NCBI GenBank assembly: GCA_041645075.1
Contig: JBAZQS010000003.1
Location: 6,710 to 70,709, forward strand
Direction: 5' to 3'
DNA: 64,000 nucleotides
Origin: Patescibacteria group bacterium
GTDB taxonomy: Bacteria; Patescibacteriota; Patescibacteriia; 2-01-FULL-39-33
Made by a program: the position numbers and the translations under genes. Below are positions 9,026 through 19,325 of this stretch, piece after piece (the first letter of the stretch is position 1; every line of letters starts with the position of its first letter). The notes beneath the pieces are model-generated. The model ran no database searches, had not been told where the DNA came from, and saw only the letters and a list, made by a program, of their open reading frames with translations.

Positions 9026-10715
9026 ATTGTATATTCTTGTCGTCTTCCGATTTTGGATTAGCCGTAAAGCTCACGGGTTTTTTCCCTAAAGCGGTTGATA
9101 AGCTTATGGGCGGTTCGCTAATTTCTAATTTTTTTTCACTAATAATGGCCTGCTCGTTTTTTAACTCGCCTTTTTGATTGCCGGCCCGAAATTTAATCAA
9201 ACAATCTTGGCAGAAAACCGGCCTAATTCCGTCGGGTTTGAAATTAACCGTGGTCGCCACGCCGCAAGAAGAGCATTGAACCGTATATTGTTCCGGATTA
9301 GAAATATTTTTTTTGTTTTTCTTTTTCAAGTCCTGGTTAAAATTTTGGCTTTGAGGCGGACTGGGCAGCTGACGGTTAAAATTTTCTGTCCGGTCTTTGC
9401 CGCCGACCATTTGCACCACTTTATCGCTTAAATCAACCCCGCTCCAACGATTAATTTTCTCCTCTACTTCCGCCTTCGGATTGGCATATCTCTCGCGTGA
9501 AACCCGTATCACCTTCTCCGCGCTATCAGTGATAAATTCATCATATAGGGGCGGCAAGGTTGTCGCCGAAAATGGGTCGGAAGCCACGCCGTCAATCATC
9601 AATTTCAAATAAATATGATAGGCGGGCAGGCTGACTAAGTCCTCCTCAATAAAGGTCGGGGTAAATTCTTTGACTAATTCTTCCGCGTCAGAAGCGCCGA
9701 CCCGAAAGCCGATTAACGAGCCCACATTGCCGAATACGGCGTCGGAAACCTCCTCGGGCAGCTGTTTTATGTATTGATGGGCAATAATTAAATTAAGACG
9801 ATATTTTCTGGCTTCTGATAAAATATTAGAAAAACTTTCATTGGCAAAATTCTGGAATTCATCCACATAGAGATAAAAGTCCTGGCGCTCCAGCTCCGGT
9901 ATGTCAACCCGGCTCATGGCCGACAAATATAATTTCGTCACAATCATTGAGCCCAATAACTGCATGGTATCTTCGCCAATTCTGCCTTTTGATAAATTTA
10001 AAATCAAAATTTTCCGGTTATCAATTATTTCTCTTAAGTCAAAGGTTGATTTCACCTGGCCGACAATATTCCTGATTAAAACATTGGACAAAAATTGCCC
10101 GACTTTATTTTGAATCGGCGAAATAACTTCCTGCAAAACGCGGTCATTCCACTGGGTATATTCATTGGTCCAAAATGACTTAACGACCGGGTCTTTGATT
10201 TTTTCCACGACTTTTCTGCGGTAATCCTTATCCACCAGAATTCTCATAATACCCAAAAGCGTGCTACTCGGATAGTCCAAGAGCGCCAAAATCGCATTTC
10301 TTAAAATATATTCCAATCTCGGGCCCCAGCTATCGGCAAATTGTTTTTTAAATACACCCACCAAGCCGGAAGCAATGAAATGTTTGCTGTTTTCATCAAC
10401 GGCCTCTAAAATATTAAAAGCCACGGGATGTTCGGTATCGGCCGGATTAAAATAAATGAGATCATTTATCCGGTTTGGTGGAATGAAATTCAACAGCTTT
10501 TCCGCCGTATCGCCATGCGGGTCAATATAACAGCAGCCGTCGCCCCTGATAATATCGGAAATAATCATATTTTCCAGCAGACAGGTCTTACCCATGCCGG
10601 TTTTGCCAATAATATACATATGGCGGCGACGGTCGTCTCTTTTTATGCCAAAGGTTTTTCTTTCGCTGCGAAAATTGGTTTCGCCAAAAATTGTTATATC
10701 TTTATTGTCGGTCAT
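9024..10715 (-). CDS. VirD4/TraD/TrwB-like P-loop coupling ATPase (soluble, no TM) with C-terminal zinc ribbon
   Basis: Walker A GKTGMGKT, YIDPHGD (compare TrwB DPKGE), Walker B LYVDEFQNF, IIAHQ. C-terminal CSSCG...CQDC. Confidence 0.5.
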   Translation of the reverse strand: MTDNKDITIFGETNFRSERKTFGIKRDDRRRHMYIIGKTGMGKTCLLENMIISDIIRGDGCCYIDPHGDTAEKLLNFIPPNRINDLIYFNPADTEHPVAFNILEAVDENSKHFIASGLVGVFKKQFADSWGPRLEYILRNAILALLDYPSSTLLGIMRILVDKDYRRKVVEKIKDPVVKSFWTNEYTQWNDRVLQEVISPIQNKVGQFLSNVLIRNIVGQVKSTFDLREIIDNRKILILNLSKGRIGEDTMQLLGSMIVTKLYLSAMSRVDIPELERQDFYLYVDEFQNFANESFSNILSEARKYRLNLIIAHQYIKQLPEEVSDAVFGNVGSLIGFRVGASDAEELVKEFTPTFIEEDLVSLPAYHIYLKLMIDGVASDPFSATTLPPLYDEFITDSAEKVIRVSRERYANPKAEVEEKINRWSGVDLSDKVVQMVGGKDRTENFNRQLPSPPQSQNFNQDLKKKNKKNISNPEQYTVQCSSCGVATTVNFKPDGIRPVFCQDCLIKFRAGNQKGELKNEQAIISEKKLEISEPPISLSTALGKKPVSFTANPKSEDDKNIQ

Positions 10716-10746
10716 AAACCTAAATAATTTTTAATTTTGTAAGTGG

Positions 10747-12327
10747 TCAAACCGTGGGTAAGTTTGCTGGGGGTGTCGGTGGCTTTCGCGGCTCGCCTCG
10801 ATTCGGCGAAGCGGGTGGTGCCGGCGGTTCAAAAATATTTTGTTTTCCTTCGGTGGGCAAAGCCAGGGGTGACGGAGCCGTCGGAATATGTGGCCTGGCC
10901 CCAGCATACGCGGGGCTAACCCCAGCATACGCGGGGCTCGCCACTGGCCCTTCAAAAACCGGCCTGGTTTCTTTCTTGACAATAAAATCGCGATTGCCAA
11001 TGGGGAGCCGGGTTGGCGGCACCACTTTCTTGCTCTCAATTTTTTCCACCATCGGCGCTTTGACGGTCATCACCGGGAAATGCCAAAGCGAGGCCAATTC
11101 CTCATTATTTAAAAGCATATTAGCCACGTTATCGCCATAATAATTGGTTCGTTTTATATAATACCTTAAAATTCTATTCTGTCTGTAAGCCACTCTTTTT
11201 TTTACCCGAAAATAATCCACGCTTGTTTTTGTTCTGGGGCCGGGCTTAAAGCCATTGGCATTGCTCACGCTAAACTGCTTGATTGAACCGATAATGGCGG
11301 CTACGCCCCGGCCTTTATTAAAAACCCCTTGTTCGGCCAGATAAACCAAACGGAATTTAACTCTAAAAGGGTGCTTGGCAAGTTTTTTCTGGATATTTTC
11401 CAAAAGCAATCTATCGCCCGGCGACATATTGAAAAGCCGAATCGTATCTTCCTTTTTCTTTTCTACTTCACCGGTCGCGCTCATTATACTGGTCAATAAA
11501 TTAACGCCTTGGGCCACCGCATTAACGGGTGCGTTGAGAATTTTATCCCCGAAAGTTGAGGGAGCGGTATAAATCTGGCCGCTAAATTCCTTAACAATTT
11601 TTTTTGCTTTTTCCCCCCACCCCGGCTCCGCCGGCAGAGGCGTAACCACCAGTTGCAGCCAGGCCTGTTCACCGGGCCCAAGCCGGCTTAAAATTTCCAA
11701 TAATCCGGCCATTGGGTCAAGAAATGTTTGGGTTAAAGTATGTTCAAATTCGGGATAAGTCCTGATTGGATAAGGATAGTCCTTGGTTAAAATAAATTCC
11801 GTGCCCCATAAATTATATTTTTCATTGGGAAAACGGAGGTGGGCATAATCCTGCGCGTAGTCCTCCACTTCGGTAATTTCCGCGTCCGGATATTGGGCAT
11901 AGATGGCGGCCTCGGCCAAGTCGCGAAGGTGGCTTGGCGTCCTGATTAAAAATTGAATATAGCCCTCTAAGCTTACAACTTCAAAAGAAAAACTTTCTTG
12001 ATTTTTTCCGGTCCAATATCTTTCTATTAAATTGCCGCTTGTTTGAGCGCCGGCCAAAGCCGCGAATATATTTTCTACGGCTTTTGGCGTCTGTTCGTTA
12101 TTTTTAGGAATATCAACGGCTAATAGGACGTGCTGCCATTTGCCGGCATATTGGCCCTGACGAGCGTCTAACCAGACCCGATACATAACAACGGTAAGCA
12201 AAATTAAAAAAATAACCCAGCCGCCGCCCAGAAATAATTGCCGGGCGATGGTCACCGGATCCTGCGAGCCAAAAACCGAAAATCGCTCCCACCAAGAAGC
12301 CAGGTCTAAGTTGAATTCAATATTCAT
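10747..12327 (-). CDS. Membrane-anchored hypothetical protein (1 N-terminal TM) with Pro/Ala-rich C-terminal repeat PAYAG; probably co-operonic with the VirD4-like ATPase
   Basis: TM GGGWVIFLILLTVVMY. Tandem DNA repeat ccccagcatacgcggggct x2 at ~10902-10945. Confidence 0.45.
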   Translation of the reverse strand: MNIEFNLDLASWWERFSVFGSQDPVTIARQLFLGGGWVIFLILLTVVMYRVWLDARQGQYAGKWQHVLLAVDIPKNNEQTPKAVENIFAALAGAQTSGNLIERYWTGKNQESFSFEVVSLEGYIQFLIRTPSHLRDLAEAAIYAQYPDAEITEVEDYAQDYAHLRFPNEKYNLWGTEFILTKDYPYPIRTYPEFEHTLTQTFLDPMAGLLEILSRLGPGEQAWLQLVVTPLPAEPGWGEKAKKIVKEFSGQIYTAPSTFGDKILNAPVNAVAQGVNLLTSIMSATGEVEKKKEDTIRLFNMSPGDRLLLENIQKKLAKHPFRVKFRLVYLAEQGVFNKGRGVAAIIGSIKQFSVSNANGFKPGPRTKTSVDYFRVKKRVAYRQNRILRYYIKRTNYYGDNVANMLLNNEELASLWHFPVMTVKAPMVEKIESKKVVPPTRLPIGNRDFIVKKETRPVFEGPVASPAYAGVSPAYAGARPHIPTAPSPLALPTEGKQNIFEPPAPPASPNRGEPRKPPTPPANLPTV

Positions 12328-12371
12328 AATTTTTAACTTGTCACCTTTATTGCCAAAAAAATATTTAGATT

Positions 12372-13559
12372 TTATTCGGTCGCTGATTCGGCGAGAACAT
12401 CTTTTCCCACCAATTCATATCGGCCGCCCTTTTCTTTTCTGATGTCTTTATTATTCATCAAAGCCAGATAAATGGTGGACTTCTTCACGTTTCTTTTTTC
12501 CAAAACCTTATCAATAATCTCTTCCTTGGTCAGGGAGCCGTATTCCTTCAATAAATCAGCCACCACCTCGCTCACCGTGCCCGGTTTGTAGCCCCACTCG
12601 CTTAAAGCATAAATTCCCCGTCCCACTAAAATATACTTATCGTCAAGAATCAATTCATTATGAACCGTGGCCGGATAAGCGATTTTTTCGTCAAATTTCG
12701 TTTCATTGATGGCCTGGGCAATCTCGGTAAAATGCATGGGTTTGCCGAATTTTTTTAAGACCAAATATATTTTATCATTAATTTTCCTGGGCTGGACCGT
12801 ACCCCAAGAAACCAAGCCCCACTTATCAAAAAGGTCGCGCTTAACCTTGCGGCTGACGCGCAGATAGCTTTCTAAAATCCGGTCCACATCTTCATCGGTC
12901 ACTTCCAAAAAATTGATGATGGAAAGAATTTTTTCCTTATTTTGATTATAGAATTCAGAATTTTTAAGCTTGTCTAAAAGTTCCTTCAGATTAAGCGACT
13001 CGCCCGCCCCCTCAATGATTTTCACCATCTCATTTATGACCTCTTTTAAAAGTTCGGTATTGGCCGAGCCCGATTTCCACAGGTGATTAAAGTCCTTGTC
13101 TTGTTTGACCTTATTAATATTGTCAGAAAAAATATGTTCGGCCAAAAAGAGCAGGGCGGATTCGCCGCCTTGGTGAGTATCTAAATAGTTAAGCAAATTT
13201 TCCAAGAAAAATTCTTCCTCCATTATGCCGCCATATTGCTCTAATAATTGGCTCACCACATTTTCCGCTTCTTTGATTTCCGCGCGCAATTCCTCTAATT
13301 CCTTTAATTTGCGAATGCTTAAACCTTCAATCTGTCTTACTCTTTCCCGGGTAATGCCGTAAATTTTACCGATTTCTTCAAGCGTGTGTTTTTGGTCAAA
13401 TTCCAAAGCAAAGCGACGTTTGATAATATCCCTTTCCTTGTCGCTTAAATGGGAAAATAAAACATTCAACGTTTCCACCGGATTAAAGCGAGCCACGCTG
13501 TCCTGAAATTGATTTTTTCTCACTTGGTCTAATATTGACATATTATAATATAAAAACAA
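12372..13559 (-). CDS. Sigma-70 region-4 HTH plus C-terminal HARE-HTH domain protein (transcription factor)
   Basis: N-terminal TLEEIGKIYGITRERVRQIE (sigma70_r4). C-terminal GRGIYALSEWGY (HARE-HTH/RpoE-delta-like). Confidence 0.5.
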   Translation of the reverse strand: MFLYYNMSILDQVRKNQFQDSVARFNPVETLNVLFSHLSDKERDIIKRRFALEFDQKHTLEEIGKIYGITRERVRQIEGLSIRKLKELEELRAEIKEAENVVSQLLEQYGGIMEEEFFLENLLNYLDTHQGGESALLFLAEHIFSDNINKVKQDKDFNHLWKSGSANTELLKEVINEMVKIIEGAGESLNLKELLDKLKNSEFYNQNKEKILSIINFLEVTDEDVDRILESYLRVSRKVKRDLFDKWGLVSWGTVQPRKINDKIYLVLKKFGKPMHFTEIAQAINETKFDEKIAYPATVHNELILDDKYILVGRGIYALSEWGYKPGTVSEVVADLLKEYGSLTKEEIIDKVLEKRNVKKSTIYLALMNNKDIRKEKGGRYELVGKDVLAESATE

Positions 13560-13773
13560 TAGAGAAAAATAGAAAAAATTATCTAAATTAAGATAAAATT
13601 AAACTAATCTATTTTTATAATATAATTATATCAAGAAAAATTAGTTTTGTCAAACGACTATTAAACCCAAATTGGGGAAAAATAAAAACCCCCATTTTTT
13701 TAAATTGAGATTGCTTCCACCGCTTTCGCGGGGGTAAACTATTCTCGCAATGACAAAGTGGGAGCGGTTTTTC

Positions 13774-14706
13774 TTATTTTCTATTTTTAAAATTTTTACT
13801 AAGATTGTGCCAAGTAACCACCAGCGGGCTGGCCACGAAAATTGAAGAATAGGTGCCGACAATAATGCCGACAATCAAGACCAAGGCAAAATTGACAATG
13901 GTTTTGCCGCCCAAAAAATATAAGGCGGATAAAACCAATAAAATCGTCAGGGAAGTGTTGATGGAGCGGGCAATGGTTTGATTGATACTGTCATTAACCA
14001 CTGCCTCAAAATCAGCGCTATAATGCTTGGCCAAATTTTCGCGCGTCCGGTCAAAAACCACGATGGTGTCGTGAACCGAAAAACCCAAAATCGTTAAAAG
14101 CGCGGTAATAAATAAGCTGTCCACCTCAAAGCCGGCGAAATGTCCTAAAATCGCAAATAAGCCAACCACAATTAGAATATCATGAATAAGGGCGATGACC
14201 GCGGCCACGCCGTATTTCCAGGATTCAACCGGTTTGGAAACTTTTCTAAAAGCAAAGGCAATATACAAAATAATTGCCAACGAGGCCAAGACAATTGCCA
14301 TCCAGGCCTTCTTAGCCAATTCCTGGCCGATAATTGGGCCGATTGACTCAAACCTTTCTTCAACTAAAGCGGGTATGGAATCATTTTTAACGTCCTTAAA
14401 TTTGCTTTTTAATTGACTTAAAATTCTTTGATGGGTCTCTTCGTCAACGGTTTTGAAACGCAAGATTATATTCCGAGCGCCCGCCGGCTGGACTCTTAAC
14501 TCGCCCAAATTCAAGTCCGACAAACCGCTTTGGATCTGGTCAATGGCGGGACGCTCAATATTGAATTTAATTTCCATTAAACTCCCGCCCGTAAAATCAA
14601 TGCTGGGCTTGAGCCCCCAGATAAGCAAACTAATAATCGCCGCCATAACCATTATTAATGACAGCGTATAATTATATTTTCTATTTTGGATTATTTTTAA
14701 TTTCAT
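13774..14706 (-). CDS. secF: Protein-export membrane protein SecF
   Basis: FTGGSLMEI, DILIVVGLFAILG, FDRTREN. Confidence 0.85.
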   Translation of the reverse strand: MKLKIIQNRKYNYTLSLIMVMAAIISLLIWGLKPSIDFTGGSLMEIKFNIERPAIDQIQSGLSDLNLGELRVQPAGARNIILRFKTVDEETHQRILSQLKSKFKDVKNDSIPALVEERFESIGPIIGQELAKKAWMAIVLASLAIILYIAFAFRKVSKPVESWKYGVAAVIALIHDILIVVGLFAILGHFAGFEVDSLFITALLTILGFSVHDTIVVFDRTRENLAKHYSADFEAVVNDSINQTIARSINTSLTILLVLSALYFLGGKTIVNFALVLIVGIIVGTYSSIFVASPLVVTWHNLSKNFKNRK

Positions 14707-16535
14707 GTTATTGTTTTTTTTCTAACCCCATAAAGCCATCTATTCTGAAAGGGCCGCCAGCCACTGACTAATCGTAAAAATTGTCTAGTAATGGTAATGG
14801 CGGAAAACATCGAAACAAGAATACCTATGGCTAGGGTTAGGGCAAATCCCCGAATAATACTCGAGCCAAACCAGTACAAAACAACGCAAGTTATTAAAGA
14901 TGAAACATTTGAGTCGCGAATGGAAAACCAGGCGCGATGAAAGCCCTCTTTTACGCCGGCGGCCAAGTCCTTGCCGGCGCGCAGTTCTTCTTTTAGCCGT
15001 TCAAAAATAAGAATATTGGCGTCCACGGCCATGCCGACCGAAAGAATAAAGCCGGCAATGCCCGCCAAAGTTAAAGTGATGTGTAAAAATTTGAAAAGCG
15101 CCAGAGCAATTGTGGTATAAATAAATAAGGCGATGACCGACAAAACGCCGGGCAGACGGTAATATAAAATCATAAAAATCACCACTAACAACAAGCCGAA
15201 CACACCCGCCTGCAAGCTTCTTTGGACCGACTCGTTGCCTAAGCTGGCGCCGACCGTGGTCTGCGAAATCAAATTTATGGGCACGGGCAGAGCGCCGGCA
15301 TTTAATCGCTGGGCCAATAATTTGGCCTCTTGCGTGGTAAAACTGCCGCTAATAACCGCCTTGCCCGATAAAATCGGCTCATTGACCCTGGGAATGCTAA
15401 TGGGCGAGCCGTCCAAAAAAATGGCAACCGGCTTACCTACATTCTTAGTAGTAATATCGGCAAACAATTTCGCGCCCTCATCGTTGAACTCTAAACCCAC
15501 TTCCGGCACGCCGGAATTCGGGTCAAATTCAACATTTGCCTTTTTTAATTGCTGGCCGGTTAAGCCCGTGTTTTTCCATTCCGAATTAATTTTTAAGCCC
15601 AAATCCGCCGCGGTCTTGGTTTGAAATAAGATGTGACGGACATCAATTTCTTTATTATCCCCTTCGCCTCTTTCCGCTTCTTTTTTGATAATATGATAAC
15701 CGAATTGCGTCTTGACCAAGTTGGGATAAATTTCTCCCACTTTTAATTTATTAAAAGCCACGTCGTCAAATTCCGGCACGAAAGCGCCTTTTTTTACGCC
15801 CTGATACAATCCGCCATTATCTTTACTGCCCGAATCATCAGAATACTGCTTGGCCAGTTTCGCAAAATCAGCGCCCGCTAAAATTTGCGGTAAAACGGCT
15901 TGCGCTTTTTCCTCAATGGCTTTATTTTCCCGGTCTAATTGCTGTTGCTCTGACGGCGTTAATTGGCTGGCCTCCGGATTTTCTTCCTTAAATTCCAATA
16001 ACGGCGTCTCGCCAATCATTTTAATCGCCTGATTGACATCATAAACGCCAGCTAATTCCACAATCACGCGCCAACTGCTTCCCACTTGATTGGTTTGCAC
16101 CAATGGTTCGGAAACGCCCAAAGCATTAACGCGGCGTTCAATCACATCTCTGACCCCGCCCAAAGCATCGGCCCGCTCGCTTGGGTTAATTTGCGAGACA
16201 TCGGCATCATAAACCAAGTGCGTGCCACCCAATAAATCCAAACCCAAACTAAAGGGCAGGCCGTAATTAATTAAGTCAATTTCTTTAATATTTTTAAACT
16301 TTAGGCCTTTGGTATTATCTAATGGGCTCTTTTCAATTTTCGGCCAAATCCGCCAATCGCTGACTACGGGAACAGTTGATAAGCCCTGGTCTAATTTTTG
16401 GGCGACGATATTTTTAAAGCCGAAAACATCTATGAAAAAAGTAAAAATAAATAAAATTACGATGCCGAAAATAAGCCAACGGAGCTTGCCCCTTGGACCG
16501 GGAGTAAAAAAATTTTGAAATGGATTTTTTGCCAT
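14703..16535 (-). CDS. secD: Protein-export membrane protein SecD with embedded parvulin (PrsA/PpiC-like) domain
   Basis: LGLDLLGGTHLVYDAD and LPVPINLISQTTVGASLG (SecD). The internal segment FAKLAKQYSDDSGSKDNGGLYQGVKKGAFVPEFDDVAFNKLKVGEIYPNLVKTQFGYHIIKKEAERG closely parallels the B. subtilis PrsA parvulin core (...[17 protein letters not shown]). Confidence 0.85.
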   Translation of the reverse strand: MAKNPFQNFFTPGPRGKLRWLIFGIVILFIFTFFIDVFGFKNIVAQKLDQGLSTVPVVSDWRIWPKIEKSPLDNTKGLKFKNIKEIDLINYGLPFSLGLDLLGGTHLVYDADVSQINPSERADALGGVRDVIERRVNALGVSEPLVQTNQVGSSWRVIVELAGVYDVNQAIKMIGETPLLEFKEENPEASQLTPSEQQQLDRENKAIEEKAQAVLPQILAGADFAKLAKQYSDDSGSKDNGGLYQGVKKGAFVPEFDDVAFNKLKVGEIYPNLVKTQFGYHIIKKEAERGEGDNKEIDVRHILFQTKTAADLGLKINSEWKNTGLTGQQLKKANVEFDPNSGVPEVGLEFNDEGAKLFADITTKNVGKPVAIFLDGSPISIPRVNEPILSGKAVISGSFTTQEAKLLAQRLNAGALPVPINLISQTTVGASLGNESVQRSLQAGVFGLLLVVIFMILYYRLPGVLSVIALFIYTTIALALFKFLHITLTLAGIAGFILSVGMAVDANILIFERLKEELRAGKDLAAGVKEGFHRAWFSIRDSNVSSLITCVVLYWFGSSIIRGFALTLAIGILVSMFSAITITRQFLRLVSGWRPFQNRWLYGVRKKTIT

Positions 16536-16759
16536 TTATTATTGGCGGTGAATAATTTACTTTAAACTATTATAGTTTAGCAAAAATTCTCTTGATTTGC
16601 AAGATTTAAATTTTAATTAAAAGAGGGAGCGGCAGGCTGTTGTATAGCGCGCTCCCTTATTAACAAGCAATTAATTTTATGAAACGGCGCGAGACCTGGA
16701 TTCTCTGGGGGTCTGGAGTTTCTCTAATAAGATTAATAATCGTGGTTTAATTTGTCGCT

Positions 16760-17242
16760 TTAAGCCATCGATTCTCTTTGAAGTTGCATGGCTTTGTGCA
16801 TCCCATCGCTCAATATTATGGCGGTAATACGTCGTTCTGGAATGATTACCTGGCTATCATCCAATAACTTCCTTAAAGGAGGATGCCGATAAGGATTATC
16901 ACTTTCAGTAAGATATTTTGGCACTTTAATACTGAGCCGACCCTTGGGACGCCAGATAGACACATCCGTGGGATCCAATGAAATGAGCGAGCCGACATAA
17001 TCGGCTACGTAATAATCACCGCAATCTTCAACAACCGCCAAGATTATGTCCCGACAAAACCAAGCCGGAATATCCTTACTGTGGTTAAGTGATAGGCATA
17101 TATCCTTATCAACCTTCAGAAAAAACAACACCCTTTTCCCAACTCTCTTCCGCAACTCATTGGCAAAACTGCCCAGGCCCAAAAAATATTTAGTATTTCT
17201 GAACCATTGACGAATGAGAGCACTGCCGAAAGGTCGTCGCAT
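16760..17242 (-). CDS. Hypothetical protein (160 aa), no recognisable domain
   Basis: Has its own AGGAGG 3 nt before ATG. Sits between secD and gap. Confidence 0.35.
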   Translation of the reverse strand: MRRPFGSALIRQWFRNTKYFLGLGSFANELRKRVGKRVLFFLKVDKDICLSLNHSKDIPAWFCRDIILAVVEDCGDYYVADYVGSLISLDPTDVSIWRPKGRLSIKVPKYLTESDNPYRHPPLRKLLDDSQVIIPERRITAIILSDGMHKAMQLQRESMA

Positions 17243-17403
17243 AGATTCCTCCTAATTACTGTTTGTATGGAGCTTTGCCCCAAAAAAAGTTTTAATGAGC
17301 TTAGAAACATAAGCCATTCCTGTCGACTATTATTGAATATGGCGCCTCCTTTGTCAAATATCTTTGATCTTATAAAAACCCCCTCATAATGGAGGGGGAA
17401 TTT

Positions 17404-18405
17404 TTATATTATCATTGCCATCTCTACCAACCGATGAGAATAACCCCATTCATTATCATACCAAGCCAAAACCTTTACTAAATTGCCTATGGCTCTGGTA
17501 AATTTTAAATCAATTATAGCGGAATAAGCGGTGCCGATAATATCGGTGGAGACGAGTTCGTCATCAGCGCCGGTTACCCCGATAATGCCCTTATACAGCG
17601 GCTGTTTGCTCGCCGCGATAAACGCCTTATTAATTGTTTCGGCGCTCACCTCTTTTTTTAAGACAGCGGTAATGTCTGATAATGAGCCACAGATAATCGG
17701 CACGCGAACCGCAATGCCGTCAAATTTATCTTTTAACTCGGGAATGACCAAGGTGGTGGCTTTAGCGGCGCCGGTCGTTGATAATACCATATTCACGGCT
17801 CCGGCCCGTCCCCGCCTCAAATCCTTGGCCTCCGGTCCATCAACCAACCTCTGGGAGGCGGTATAAGCGTGAATGGTGGTCATTAATGATTTTTCTATGC
17901 CAAATTTTGACTCCAAAACCTGAATAACGGGCGCGATGGAATTGGTGGTGCAGGAAGCGTTGGAAATAATATTTTCATTTTTTCCCAAGGTCTTTTTAGT
18001 CAATTCCGTGCCGAAAACCAAGGTTTGCATTTCATCTTTGGCCGGAGTGGATAATAATACTTTCTTGGCCCCGGCTTTTAAATGCATCTGCATCTCGGCT
18101 TTGGTCTCAAATACGCCGGTGCATTCCAAAACCACTTCAACGCCCAATTTTTTCCAAGGCAATTTTAACGGATTTTTTTCGGCATAAACCGGATATTTTT
18201 TGCCGTTCACTATTAGATTATTGGCGTCATAAGAAACCTTTTTGTCGTATCGGCCATAAACCGAATCGTATTTTAGCAGATAAGCCAGAGTGCGCGTATC
18301 GGTTAAATCATTAATGGCAACCACCTGTAAATTTTTCTTGGTCAGGGCGATTTTAAACGTGGTTCGGCCAATCCGGCCAAATCCGTTTATGGCAATTTTT
18401 TTCAT
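17404..18405 (-). CDS. gap: Glyceraldehyde-3-phosphate dehydrogenase
   Basis: KIAINGFGRIGR, ASCTTN. Confidence 0.9.
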   Translation of the reverse strand: MKKIAINGFGRIGRTTFKIALTKKNLQVVAINDLTDTRTLAYLLKYDSVYGRYDKKVSYDANNLIVNGKKYPVYAEKNPLKLPWKKLGVEVVLECTGVFETKAEMQMHLKAGAKKVLLSTPAKDEMQTLVFGTELTKKTLGKNENIISNASCTTNSIAPVIQVLESKFGIEKSLMTTIHAYTASQRLVDGPEAKDLRRGRAGAVNMVLSTTGAAKATTLVIPELKDKFDGIAVRVPIICGSLSDITAVLKKEVSAETINKAFIAASKQPLYKGIIGVTGADDELVSTDIIGTAYSAIIDLKFTRAIGNLVKVLAWYDNEWGYSHRLVEMAMII

Positions 18406-18480
18406 ATATGGGATTTAAATAATTAATTCAATGAGCAATTTAATTATAGCAAAATTCAGATAAAAAATAAATTTGATTTA

Positions 18481-18507
18481 GAGATGGTTACAAAACTATA
18501 TTTCTCT
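18481..18507. repeat. Solo TIR of the MITE-like family (GAGATGGTTACAAAACTAT...)
   Basis: Exact TIR match, 4 nt from the stop of 18511..19317. Confidence 0.5.
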
Positions 18508-18510
18508 CTC

Positions 18511-19317
18511 TTATGATTTTTTAATCGGTACTTCCACGACAAGCGGCTTATCCCCCTCTCTTTCAGGATCAATCTGAACATTCACGCTTTGGCGCAAGGT
18601 ATGCCAGCCAATCACCTGCCCCCGGCCGTGCTTGGTTCTGACTCTAGTGCCAACCGGCGGTAAATTTTTTGCCAATTCGTCATAAAGATTTTTTTCATAG
18701 CCCAAGCAGCATTTCAGACGGCCGCAAATGCCGGACAAGCGCTCTGAACCGCGATGAGCCACTTGCTGTTGCTCGGCTAATTCAGAAGTAACACTGCCCA
18801 ATTTCCTTAAATGGCTCTGGCAGCAAAGTTTGAGTCCACAACAACCGATATCGCCCGTGAGTTTGGCTTCATCGCGCACGCCCACCTGATGCAGTCGTAT
18901 GGTTTTTTGGAAATGGCGGGTTAACTCCTTGACCGCGTCCCGAAAATCAACCCGGCCATCAGCCACAAAAGCGAAAGTGAAACGGCGGCCGTCAAAAGAA
19001 GGGTGGCTGCCGATGATTTTCATCTCTAAACCCAATTTTTTGATAATCTTGCGGCCATACTCTACGACATTTTCCTTTTGCCGTTGATTGTCAGAAATGA
19101 TCGCCCAGTCATCATTGTTGGCCACTCTTTGAATAGAGCCGATTTCAGTCTCTCCTGTTTTTTCCGGTTCAATTTCTTTAATGCTAATTACCCGACCGGC
19201 GTCCACGCCAAAATCAGTGCTCACAATGACATAGTCGCCCACCCCGACATCAACATCGCCGACTTTGGCGGAAAATAAATTATCCCAAGGCGCGAATTGT
19301 ATTTGAGCGATTAACAT
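18511..19317 (-). CDS. PSP1 C-terminal domain protein (RicT/YaaT-like)
   Basis: CCGLKLCCQSH...RLKCCLGYE cysteine pairs typical of the PSP1 domain. Confidence 0.7.
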   Translation of the reverse strand: MLIAQIQFAPWDNLFSAKVGDVDVGVGDYVIVSTDFGVDAGRVISIKEIEPEKTGETEIGSIQRVANNDDWAIISDNQRQKENVVEYGRKIIKKLGLEMKIIGSHPSFDGRRFTFAFVADGRVDFRDAVKELTRHFQKTIRLHQVGVRDEAKLTGDIGCCGLKLCCQSHLRKLGSVTSELAEQQQVAHRGSERLSGICGRLKCCLGYEKNLYDELAKNLPPVGTRVRTKHGRGQVIGWHTLRQSVNVQIDPEREGDKPLVVEVPIKKS

Positions 19318-19325
19318 AAATTAAA

